From the NCBI GenBank assembly GCA_950097015.1, contig CATNEN010000001.1, positions 20,832,001-20,896,000 of the forward strand: a stretch of DNA of 64,000 nt, read 5' to 3'. Below the pieces are notes generated by a model. The model worked only from the letters and a program-made list of their open reading frames with translations, ran no database searches and was not told the DNA's origin. The number at the start of each line of letters is the position of its first letter. The first letter of the stretch is position 1. The DNA is from Macrostomum hystrix (lineage: Eukaryota; Animalia; Platyhelminthes). Shown in pieces: positions 22,768 to 35,100 of the stretch. A program made the position numbers and the translations under genes.

Positions 22768-23147
22768 TCCTAACTCCCCATCCTCCTCACTCCCCATCCA
22801 TCTCACTCCCCATCCTCCTCACTCCCCATCCTCCTCACTCCCCATCCTCCTCACTCCCCATCCTCCTCACTCCCCATCCTCCTCACTCCCCATCCTCCTC
22901 ACTCCCCATCCTCCTTACTCCCCATCCATCTCACTCCGCATCCTCCTCACTCGCCATCCTCCTCACTCCCCATCCATCTCACTCCCCATCCTCCTCACTC
23001 CCCATCCTCCTCACTCCCCATCCTCCTCACTCCCCATCCTCCTCACTCCCCATCCTCCTCACTCCCCATCCTCCTCACTCCCCATCCTCCTCACTCCCCA
23101 TCCTCCTCACTCCCCATCCTCCTCACTCCCCATCCTCCTCACTCCCC
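22768..23147. repeat. 16-bp minisatellite (ACTCCCCATCCTCCTC)n, short paralog of 1725-3147
   Basis: Same unit and same flanks. Confidence 0.95.
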
Positions 23148-23589
23148 AAGCATATACGCCAAACCGTATCCTACTCGACGCATTTTTTAGTGCATTCTGC
23201 TTGTTTAATTTACCAAAATACACTTGGTTTCTATCTGAAAGTTTCTCTGTTTTCTATCTACGCTCGTATGTTGGCTTAATTTATTTGAATTTTTACTTTT
23301 AGGAAAAATATACTTTTAGAACAGTGAAAATAAATTGTCCAATCACAAGCTTAATTCCCAGAAGTTCACATAAGATGCAAATATGATTTTGTTCTAGCCA
23401 AAGTTAAGGCAATAGGTTTTAGTACATTGTGTGTGCCGCATTTTAATCGCGTCTTTTTCATTTCAGCAACACTTCCTCTTCTGCTACTGATAGTAAACAC
23501 TGCTGGTTGCTATGATTTTTCTGAAGGCAAGAGTTCTGCACTGCACTCGCCAGCTCTGAGAGAAATTATTAGGTGAGCTGCAAAACCCA

Positions 23590-26500
23590 ACTCTACCCTG
23601 CTCAATTCACCCTCCTGGCCCTATCCCCCTGACTCTTCCCTCCAGACTCTACCCTTCTCACTCTACCCCATTCACTCTCCCCTCCTCACTCTACCCTTCT
23701 CACTCTACCCTCCTCACTCTACCCTCCTCACTCTACCCTACTCACTCTACCCTCCTCACTCTACCCTCCTCACTCTTCCCTCCCCACTCTACCCTCCTCA
23801 CTCTACACTCCTCACTCTTCCCTCCCCACTCTACCCTCCTCACTCTACCCTCCTCACTCTCCCTCCTCACTCTACCCTCCTCATTCTACCCTCCTCACTC
23901 TACCCTCCTCACTCTACCCTCCTCACTCTACCCTCCTCACTCTACCCTCCTCACTCTACCCTCCTCACTCTACCCTCCTCACTCTACCCTCCTCACTCTA
24001 CCCTCCTCACTCTACCCTCCTCACTCTCCCCTCCTTACTCTACCCTCCTCATTCTACCCTCCTCACTCTCCCTCCCCACTCTACCCTCCTCACTCTACCC
24101 TCCTCACTCTACCCTCCTCACTCTACCCTCCTCACTCTCCCTCCTCACTCTACCCTCCTCACTCTACCCTCCTCACTCTACCCTCTTTACTCTTCCCTCC
24201 CCACTCTATCCTCCTCACTCTACCCTCCTCACTCTTCCCTCCCCACTCTACCCTCCTCACTCTACCCTCCTCACTCTCTCCTCCTCACTCTACTCTCCTC
24301 ACTCTACCCTCCTCACTCTCCCCTCCTCACTCTACCCTCCTCACTCTACTCTCCTCACTCTACCCTCCTCACTCTCCCCTCCTCACTCTACCCTCCTCAC
24401 TCTACCCTCCTCATTCTACCCTCCTCACTCTCCCCTCCTTACTCTACCCTCCTCATTCTACCCTCCTCACTCTTTCTACTCACTCTACCCTCCTCACTCT
24501 ACCCTCCTCATTCTACCCTCCTCACTCTCCCTCCTCACTCTACCCTCCTCACTCTACCCTCCTCACTCTACCCTCCTCACTCTCCCCTCCTCACTCTACC
24601 CTCCTCACTCTACCCTCCTCATTCTACCCTCCTCATTCTCCCATCCTTACTCTACCCTCCTCATTCTACCCTCCTCACTCTCCCTCCTCACTCTACCCTC
24701 CTCACTCTCCCTCCTCACTCTACCCTCCTCACTCTTTCTACTCACTCTACCCTCCTCACTCTACCCTCCTCATTCTACCCTCCCCACTCTCCCCTCCTTA
24801 CTCTACCCTCCTCATTCTACCCTCCTCACTCTTTCTACTCACTCTACCCTCCTCACTCTCCCCTCCTCACTCTACCCTACTCACTCTACCCTCCTCATTC
24901 TACCCTCCTCATTCTCCCCTCCTTACTCTACCCTCCTCATTCTACCCTCCTCACTCTTTCTACTCACTCTACCCTCCTCACTCTCCCCTCCTCACTCTAC
25001 CCTCCTCACTCTGCCCTCCTCATTCTACCCTCCTCATTCTCCCCTCCTTACTCTACCCTCCTCATTCTACCCTCCTCACTCTACCCTCCTCACTCTCCCT
25101 CCTCACTCTACCCTCCTCACTCTCCCTCCTCACTCTACCCTCCTCACTCTTTCTACTCACTCTACCCTCCTCACTCTACCCTCCTCATTCTACCCTCCTC
25201 ATTCTACCCTCCCCACTCTCCCCTCCTTACTCTACCCTCCTCATTCTACCCTCCTCATTCTACCCTCCCCACTCTCCCCTCCTTACTCTACCCTCCTCAT
25301 TCTACCCTCCTCACTCTTTCTACTCACTCTACCCTCCTCACTCTACCCTCTTTACTCTTCCCTCCCCACTCTACCCTCCTCACTCTACCCTCCTCACTCT
25401 TCCCTCCCCACTCTACCCTCCTCACTCTACCCTCCTCACTCTCTCCTCCTCACTCTACTCTCCTCACTCTACCCTCCTCACTCTCCCCTCCTCACTCTAC
25501 CCTCCTCACTCTACTCTCCTCACTCTACCCTCCTCACTCTCCCCTCCTCACTCTACCCTCCTCACTCTACCCTCCTCATTCTACCCTCCTCACTCTCCCC
25601 TCCTTACTCTACCCTCCTCATTCTACCCTCCTCACTCTTTCTACTCACTCTACCCTCCTCACTCTACCCTCCTCATTCTACCCTCCTCACTCTCCCTCCT
25701 CACTCTACCCTCCTCACTCTACCCTCCTCACTCTACCCTCCTCACTCTCCCCTCCTCACTCTACCCTCCTCACTCTACCCTCCTCATTCTACCCTCCTCA
25801 TTCTCCCATCCTTACTCTACCCTCCTCATTCTACCCTCCTCACTCTCCCTCCTCACTCTACCCTCCTCACTCTCCCTCCTCACTCTACCCTCCTCACTCT
25901 TTCTACTCACTCTACCCTCCTCACTCTACCCTCCTCATTCTACCCTCCCCACTCTCCCCTCCTTACTCTACCCTCCTCATTCTACCCTCCTCACTCTTTC
26001 TACTCACTCTACCCTCCTCACTCTCCCCTCCTCACTCTACCCTACTCACTCTACCCTCCTCATTCTACCCTCCTCATTCTCCCCTCCTTACTCTACCCTC
26101 CTCATTCTACCCTCCTCACTCTTTCTACTCACTCTACCCTCCTCACTCTCCCCTCCTCACTCTACCCTCCTCACTCTACCCTCCTCATTCTACCCTCCTC
26201 ATTCTCCCCTCCTTACTCTACCCTCCTCATTCTACCCTCCTCACTCTACCCTCCTCACTCTCCCTCCTCACTCTACCCTCCTCATTCTACCCTCCTCACT
26301 CTTTCTACTCACTCTACCCTCCTCACTCTACCCTCCTCATTCTACCCTCCCCACTCTCCCCTCCTTACTCTACCCTCCTCATTCTACCCTCCTCACTCTT
26401 TCTACTCACTCTACCCTCCTCACTCTCCCCTCCTCACTCTACCCTACTCACTCTACCCTCCTCATTCTACCCTCCTCATTCTCCCCTCCTTACTCTACCC

Positions 26501-28927
26501 TCCTCATTCTACCCTCCTCACTCTTTCTACTCACTCTACCCTCCTCACTCTCCCCTCCTCACTCTACCCTCCTCACTCTACCCTCCTCATTCTACCCTCC
26601 TCATTCTCCCCTCCTTACTCTACCCTCCTCATTCTACCCTCCTCACTCTACCCTCCTCACTCTCCCTCCTCACTCTACCCTCCTCACTCTACCCTCCTCA
26701 CTCTACCCTCCTCACTCTCCCCTCCTTACTCTACCCTCCTCATTCTACCCTCCTCACTCTTTCTACTCACTCTACCCTCCTCACTCTACCCTCCTCATTC
26801 TACCCTCCCAACTCTCCCCTCCTTACTCTACCCTCCTCATTCTACCCTCCTCACTCTTTCTACTCACTCTACCCTCCTCACTCTACCCTCCTTACTCTGC
26901 CCTCCTTACTCTACCCTCCTCACTCTACCCTCCCCACTCTACCCTCCTTACTCTACCCTCCTCATTCTACCCTCCTCACTCTTTCTACTGACTCTACCCT
27001 CCTCACTCTACCCTCCTCACTCTACCCTCCTCATTCTACCCTCCTCACTCTACCCTCCTCACTCTACCCTCTTTACTCTTCCCTCCCCACTCTACCCTCC
27101 TCACTCTACCCTCCTCACTCTTCCCTCCCCACTCTACCCTCCTCACTCTACCCTCCTCACTCTCCCCTCCTCACTCTACTCTCCTCACTCTACCCTCCTC
27201 ACTCTCCCCTCCTCACTCTACCCTCCTCACTCTACTCTCCTCACTCTACCCTCCTCACTCTCCCCTCCTCACTCTACCCTCCTCACTCTACCCTCCTCAT
27301 TCTACCCTCCTCACTCTCCCCTCCTTACTCTACCCTCCTCATTCTACCCTCCTCACTCTTTCTACTCACTCTACCCTCCTCACTCTTCCCTCCTCATTCT
27401 ACCCTCCTCACTCTCCCTCCTCACTCTACCCTCCTCACTCTACCCTCATTCTACCCTCCTCACTCTCCCTCCTCACTCTACCCTCCTCACTCTACCCTCC
27501 TCACTCTCCCCTCCTCACTCTACCCTCCTCACTCTACCCTCGTCATTCTACCCTCCTCATTCTCCCCTCCTTACTCTACCCTCCTCATTCTACCATCCTC
27601 ACTCTCCCTCCTCACTCTACCCTCCTCACTCTCCCTCCTCACTCTACCCTCCTCACTCTACCCTCCTCACTCTACCCTCCTCACTCTCCCCTCCTTACTC
27701 TACCCTCCTCATTCTACCCTCCTCACTCTTTCTACTCACTCTACCCTCCTCACTCTACCCTCCTCATTCTACCCTCCTCACTCTTTCTACTCACTCTACC
27801 CTCCTCACTCTACCCTCCTCATTCTACCCTCCCCACTCTCCCCTCCTTACTCTACCCTCCTCATTCTACCCTCCTCACTCTTTCTACTCACTCTACCCTC
27901 CTCACTCTACCCTCCTCACTCTACCCTCCTCACTCTACCCTCCTCACTCTACCCTCCTCACTCTACCCTCCTCACTCTACCCTCCTCACTCTACCCTCCT
28001 CATTCTACCCTCCTCACTCTACCCTCCTCACTCTACCCTCCTCACTCTTCCCTCCCAACTCTACCCTCCTCACTCTACCCTCCTTACTCTGCCCTCCTTA
28101 CTCTACCCTCCTCACTCTACCCTCCCCACTCTACCCTCCTTACTCTACCCTCCTCATTCTACCCTCCTCACTCTTTCTACTGACTCTACCCTCCTCACTC
28201 TACCCTCCTCACTCTACCCTCCTCATTCTACCCTCCTCACTCTACCCTCCTCATTCTACCCTCCTCACTCTTTCTACTCACTCTACCCTCCTCACTCTAC
28301 CCTCCTCATTCTACCCTCCCCACTCTCCCCTCCTTACTCTACCCTCCTCATTCTACCCTCCTCACTCTTTCTACTCACTCTACCCTCCTCACTCTACCCT
28401 CCTCACTCTACCCTCCTCACTCTACCCTCCTCACTCTACCCTCCTCACTCTACCCTCCTCACTCTACCCTCCTCACTCTACCCTCCTCATTCTACCCTCC
28501 TCACTCTACCCTCCTCACTCTACCCTCCTCACTCTTCCCTCCCAACTCTACCCTCCTCACTCTACCCTCCTTACTCTGCCCTCCTTACTCTAGCCTCCTC
28601 ACTCTACCCTCCCCACTCTACCCTCCTTACTCTACCCTCCTCATTCTACCCTCCTCACTCTTTCTACTCACTCTACCCTCCTCACTCTACCCTCCTCACT
28701 CTACCCTCCTCATTCTACCCTCCTCACTCTACCCTCCTCACTCTACCCTCCTCACTCTTCCCTCCCAACTCTACCCTCCTCACTCTACCCTCCTCACTCT
28801 TCCCTCCCAACTCTACCCTCCTGACTCTACCCTCCTTACTCTGCCCTCCTTACTCTACCCTCCTCACTCTACCCTCCCCACTCTACCCTCCTTACTCTAC
28901 CCTCCTCACTCTACTCTCCTCACTCTT
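23590..28927 (+). repeat. Expanded 14-bp minisatellite (CTCTACCCTCCTCA)n, ~5.3 kb, with higher-order repeats
   Basis: Same unit and flanks as 3590-3957; rare variant units recur at ~1.17 kb spacing. Confidence 0.97.
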
Positions 28928-29159
28928 TAAGCTTGCAGTTTTTTATTTTGAACTTCATCAGTCATTTTTCGAAGTATTAAATTGCTCTAAAATATATTTT
29001 TTACTCGATTATTAAGTGTATAGTTTTTCAATGCTTTTAAATTGGCTGTTTGAGAAAATACTAAAATCCAAAAGCCAATGATTTTCAGATTTCCCCTCTT
29101 CTTTGTACAGGTCGCTCAGGCAGGCCAGTTGACAGTTGAGTAGTGGACAGTGAGACCTC

Positions 29160-32100
29160 ATGGCACAAAATATTTCCTTGTATTTCTGGATTTTATTTTG
29201 GCTTTTACTGCCTTTGACCACCGCTGTATCATTATCGACTGAGCAGTCTTCAGGTGAGCTCATTAGGCAGGCTTCTCAAGGCGTTGCCAGTTGTCATGAG
29301 TTTCACTGAGATCGGTGAGCATTTTGCCTGGCCTCTCATTTCAGATGTCGATGAAGCTGAAGCCACATTGGCGAGGCTGAGGAGAGCCGCCTGCAGTGCT
29401 GGCGACTGCCAGAATGGAGGCTTTTGCTGGCCGGGTCCTGTGACTGCGAGTACGCCTCCGTGCGTGTGTCCTGAGACGCACATTCCCCCCTACTGTGTTG
29501 TAGCAAATTCTAATCCAGTTGACTACTGCGCACCCGGACCAGGGCCTCCCTGCAAAAACGGAGCCACCTGCAACCGAATAGCCGTCAGTCCCTTCTACAG
29601 CTGCAGCTGCGTTCCCGGATTCACAGGTAAACAATCACTTTATTTAGCAAGATAAAATTTCTTACCTACCACGAGGTTAAAAATCTATAAAAATGCAAAT
29701 TAGTAAAATATGTTCATGCTCTTTTTTCATTTCCTTTCAACACAAACACACGAGCGCATTCGGCAATATAAAAAGCGAAGATAAGACAAATTCCTTTGGA
29801 CAAAGTTCCAATGTTTCAAGACAATTGTTTCTATCGGTTGCAAGAAGGTCCACTGAGCTTGCTGATTGTACCTATTTATGTGGAAAAGTGTACCTGAAAT
29901 GGGAACTCATGAGCGAATGGGAAATACAGAAGAATGAAGCTTGTGTTTTGTTGGTAAAGTGTCAAGTGAAGAGGGTTAGAGTGATGAAGCTTATGCTCAG
30001 GACTGTTGGGGTGGAGGCTAGAGTGAGGATAATAAACTGAGGAGGAGAGTAGAGTGAGCAGAGAAGAGTAGGGGTGGACTTAGAAGGGTAGTGTGAACGT
30101 ACTCAGGAGGTAGAGTGAAGGGATAGAGTAGGGAAAGTAACGTGAGTAGAAATTAGTAAGGAGGGTAGAGCGAGGTTGGTAGAGTTAGTTGGGTAGAGTG
30201 AGGAGGGTAGAGTGGGGAGGGTGGAGTAAGGAGGGTAGAGTGGGGAGGGTAGAGTGGGGAGGGTGGAGTGAGGAGGGTAGAGTGGGGAGGATAGAGTTAG
30301 TATGGTAGAGTGAGGATGGTAGAGTGGGGGGAGATGAGAGTGGGAAGGGCAGAGTGAGGAGAGTAGAGTGGGGAGGGTGGAGTAGAGAGGGTAGAGTGAT
30401 GAGGGTAGATTGAGGAGGGTAGATTGAGGAGGGTAGAGTGAGGAGGGTAGAGTAGGGAGGGTAGAGTAGAGAGGGTAGAGTGGGGAGGGTAGAGTGAGGA
30501 GGGTAGGGTGAGGAGGGTAGAGTGGGTGGAGATTAGAGTGGGAAGGGCAGAGTGAGGAGAGTAGAGTGGGGATGGTAGAGTAGAGAGGGTAGAGTGACGA
30601 GGGTAGATTGAGGAGGGTAGAGTGAGGAGGGTAGAGTGAGGAGGGTAGAGTAGGGAGGGTAGAGTAGAGAGGGTAGAGTGGGGAGGGTAGAGTGAGGAGG
30701 GCAGAATGAGGAGGGTAGAGTGGGGAGGGTAGAGTAGAGAGGTAGAGTGAGGAGAGTAGAGTGAAGGAGGGTAGAGTTGGGAGGGTAGAGTGAGGAGGGT
30801 AGAGTGGGGGGAGATGAGAGTGGGAAGGGCAGAGTGAGGAGAGTAGAGTGGGGAGGGTAGAGTAGAGAGGGTAGAGTGATGAGGGTAGATTGAGGAGGGT
30901 AGATTGAGGAGGGTAGAGTGAGGAGGGTAGAGTGAGGAGGGTAGAGTGGGAAGGGCAGAGTGAGGAGGGCAGAGTGAGGAGGGTAGAGTAGGGAGGGTAG
31001 AGTAGAGAGGGTAGAGTGGGGAGGGTAGAGTGAGGAGGGCAGAATGAGGAGGGTAGAGTGGGGAGGGTAGAGTAGAGAGGGTATAGTGGGGAGGGTAGAG
31101 TGAGGAGGGCAGAATGAGGAGGGTAGAGTGGGATCGAGTTGAGTCTCAAGTCAGACGTTTTAAAGCCGAGAAGAACAGAAAATGAGGTCATCTTCTGATG
31201 CTTAGAATATTGTTGCTTGACGGCAACTACTGCTCAGTCTCTCGTGTGAACTCAGCATGAACTCCAGTTTAAGTCAAAACTTTTACTTGCAGCTCCAGCC
31301 GAGCTTCTTTCGCCTAACTAACTGTTACGAAGCTCCAATTTTTAACTATGAAGGTAAAGGATCGCAGAGTTTGACATTTAGCGAAAAATTTACTCGTAAG
31401 GTTTTTGAAAAGCGACCAGTTGAAAACAAATGATTTTCGCGAGCCACAGAAATTTTTAGCCAGTACATTCTTTGCTAACACTGGCAAGCATCAGGTATGT
31501 TTCACCACAATGGTTATGAAGCAGATTGTCTTGAGTCATAGAAACCATTCGAAATAATTCTCTAGCCCGCGCTCATTTTTGAAATCTATTAAAGATTTTC
31601 ACGTGTTGGCCCTGCGTCAGTTTTTTTCAAACGGCGGCATTTCGCTCGAATTTTGATTGTGAAGTTGATTGAAGAAATTGCCGATAGCACCAGAATGAGC
31701 AAAAATATCTAAAAATGTTTCAGTTAGGCAAAAACGATATTTCAAATTGACGCGAAAATGAAAATCTTTTGAACAACCGCAGGCTACAACTGCGAAATCA
31801 ACATCGATGACTGCGCCAGCCGGCCCTGCATCAATGGCCAGTGCACAGACGCGGTGAACAGCTACAGCTGCAGCTGCTACAGCGGTTGGGAGGGCTCCAA
31901 CTGCGGCACCAACCATGACGACTGCTTCGCTGGCGCCTGTCTCAACAGAGGTCGTTGTGTGGACGGCAACAAAACGTGAGTTGCTTTCGTGTTTATTCTA
32001 ACCTCAAAGAGCTTGCGCATCTTGCTAGCATTCTGATTTTCAGATACACCTGCGACTGCTCAGGGTTGGGATTTAGCGGCTCCAGGTGCGAAGTCAACAT

Positions 32101-35100
32101 CGATGACTGCGTAGGCAATCCCTGCATAAATGGTCTGTGCTCAGACGGTGTGAAGGACTACAGCTGCAGCTGCTACAGAGGCTGGGAGGGCAAGAACTGC
32201 TCAGCTGACACAAACTACTGCCTGCCGTCGCCCTGCCAGAATGGAGGCTTGTGCAGTGATGGCAACTCCACGTGAGTGCAAAATGGCATCGCCCGCCAGT
32301 CATCTGAGAAAGTATATGCACTCGTATATGGCCTACTCTTCACCAGGCGCATTTGTAAGAAGCTCATTTCACTTTGTATCCATATTGATAAAACATCTTA
32401 AAAACTAATGACACAGTTCTTTCATTTTTGCACATTGTTTGTCTCATATTCTGGCTCGCAGTTAGTCCTATGTCCCTTGGTTGCCTTTGAAAGTCTTGCT
32501 TCTTTACAATATTTAATTTTGGCCATTCTGCCCACTTTCCCAATTACCAACTCCAATCAATCGATTGGGTCACCAGAATTATACGGCTTGATAGCATTGC
32601 CGAGTCGTGATTAAGTCAGCAGACTTATTTCTCTCGAGCTTAGAGAGACTAGCTCTCTTGGTCTCTGGTGCATATTTACTGGCTTCTTTCTGTCAGCAGT
32701 TTCCTGGCATTTTGAAGTGTCTTCCAAGTTCACAATCGTTATTGGATATTTCCATGGCATGCATTATACTAGTAGCGAACAATCATAGCGCATGTGTTGC
32801 GCAATGAAATCCAGCTAGTGTGGTCTTTAACTGGAGCCGCTCCTCCCCTTCCTGCCTACTGAACGTCTACCCGATCTACGAGCTACTAGCACTTGCGGGT
32901 GTGTTTATACTAATCTTACCCTTCACATGCATGCCGCAGTCTGAACTCAAACTTCTAGCTCACCGAGTGACTTACAAAATATTTCTTCTTGTACGAAACA
33001 TGTTTCAGTTACAACTGCGACTGCTCGCGCATCGACTTCAAAGGCGTCAACTGCAGCTCCAAGATTGACGACTGTCCTGGTAACAATTGTCAGAACGGAG
33101 GCCGCTGCGTTGACGGTGACAGAAGCTACACCTGCGACTGTACAGACACGGGATTCAAAGGTTCCTTCTGCGAGATCAACATCGACGACTGTGCCGGCAA
33201 TCCCTGCATTAATGGTCTGTGCACGGACCTTGTGAAGGACTACAGGTGCAGCTGCTACAGAGGCTGGGAGGGCAAGAACTGCTCAGTCGACACAAACTAC
33301 TGTGTGCCGTCGCCCTGTCAGAATGGAGGCCTGTGCAGCGATGGCAACTCCACGTGAGTGACTAGATTTAATATAATTATTCTTCTAATCAAAAATGTAA
33401 TTAATGTTATGTAATGAAAAAATTATGGATAAACTAATCTTAAGACCAAGATGATTAGATTTTTCTTTCTAGGCATATCCTCCTGCAAACTATCTTAAAG
33501 TTTATTTGTAGACGCTACTGTTAGTTGCTTAGCAATTCTAACAGTGTGGCGATGCCGTTTTTCAGTCAGACCCTAACGGACTTGGGTGATCTGTCTTGAC
33601 ATGTCTCCTAGTACTAATGGCCAACAAATAGTGACTGCCGGCAATGAAGAGAGCTAACTGTCTGCAGGTAATGAGTCCATGCTCGTGAGCTGCTCTTCTG
33701 ATCTTGACGAGCCAGATGATCTGTGATGCTCAGTTCACATATTTGGAAGTACATGGCTGCAGTTTGACTCGATCAAACCCCTAGGCTTGCCTTCATAGAA
33801 TCCAGCAGTCGTTCCCAGACACTCATCTGTGCCAATCTGTGTCAGCTTAGTCTTGTTCTTCCTTTATCCATTCTGCTCGGCTCCTACACTTACTCACCGG
33901 AATGGCTTACGATGAAATTTTACGAATTCGTTGACTAGAGCCCTTCACGCTCTTCTAAGTGTAGAAAAAATGTAAATTTATGACATTAAAAATGTTGGCA
34001 TTGCAGGTTCAGCTGCAACTGCTCTCAGATCGATTTTGAAGGCCCCACGTGCAGCTCAAAGATCGATGACTGTATGCCAAGTCTATGTCAGAATGGCGGC
34101 AGGTGCATCGACGGCCTCAGAAACTACTCGTGTGACTGCTCCAGCATCGACTTCTCCGGGCGGAACTGTCAATCCCGAATTGACGACTGCTCGCCCAACC
34201 CGTGCAGAAACGGAGCAGCCTGTGTTGATGAGCTCAGAAACTACACCTGCAGCTGCTATGCTGGCTACTCTGGAAAGAACTGCTCAATTGACACCGTGGA
34301 CTGCAAAAATGACACGTGTGTCAACAATGGCAGCTGTTTGGAGCGTAGCAACCAGGCCCTGTACGGCAACCCCTCACTGCCGCCTCCGTTCAACGGAACC
34401 TTCAGCTACGCACTCGCTGCAGGGTTCCTCTGCGCGTGCTCACAGGGTGAGCAGTTTTGGCTCAGAGAAGCATACCCGTGCCAGTTCTTATTTTTCAACA
34501 TATAGGCGTTTACAGTATTGATCTTCTTGAAAAAACGGTTGTTGACATACTTTTAGAGGAATAGTATATTGCTGAAATTTCCGATTCACCAAATCAGATT
34601 GTTACAGAAAAAAGTGGGTAATATTCGATGAAATTTCTGAACAACTAATCGGATAGTAAAAGTTTAGCTTTTAGCTTCACACTCGGAAATGCTTGAGCAC
34701 TGCTTCTTTACAGGCTGGCGCAGTGAAACCTGCTCTGTGAGAGATCACTGCGTTCCCGGAGCCGAAGACTGCCCGATGCGTCCAGGCGTTCAGTGCGTCA
34801 ACCTCGACCCTTTCGGCTTCGAGTGTGAGTCTGTCTGCACTTTTAATCATACTCTTGTTGAGCTCATAATACAATGTAGCTTCATTTCTTTATCTGTTTC
34901 TTCGTGATAAATTGCTATCTCAACAAGATGATTGTCCATCGTCAAGTTTAAGGGGTTTCAGGGGGTTTTAGCTTAGTGGTTAGAGCGTGGGATTTAAGAA
35001 TTAAACGTCAGGAGTTCGATTCCTGACTCTACTGGACCAATTTGAGTCCCTTGGGAAGTCACTTAACTCTGCGTTGCTTCAGTTCGACGACCCAGCTGTT

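Larger units (their letters stand above)
21456..33360 (+). repeat. Segmental duplication copy B (upstream region plus first five coding exons of G3)
   Basis: Colinear and near-identical to 397-8164. Confidence 0.92.

Noticed and set aside
397-33360. Duplication as a pure haplotype or assembly artefact
   Set aside because: The copies continue into entirely different 3' exons, differ by indels and array lengths, and one junction carries a templated-insertion scar. Read-level confirmation is still advisable.
34960-35035. tRNA gene (also 58095-58170)
   Set aside because: A and B boxes are present, but the sequences continue into repeated SINE bodies and I could not fold a convincing cloverleaf.
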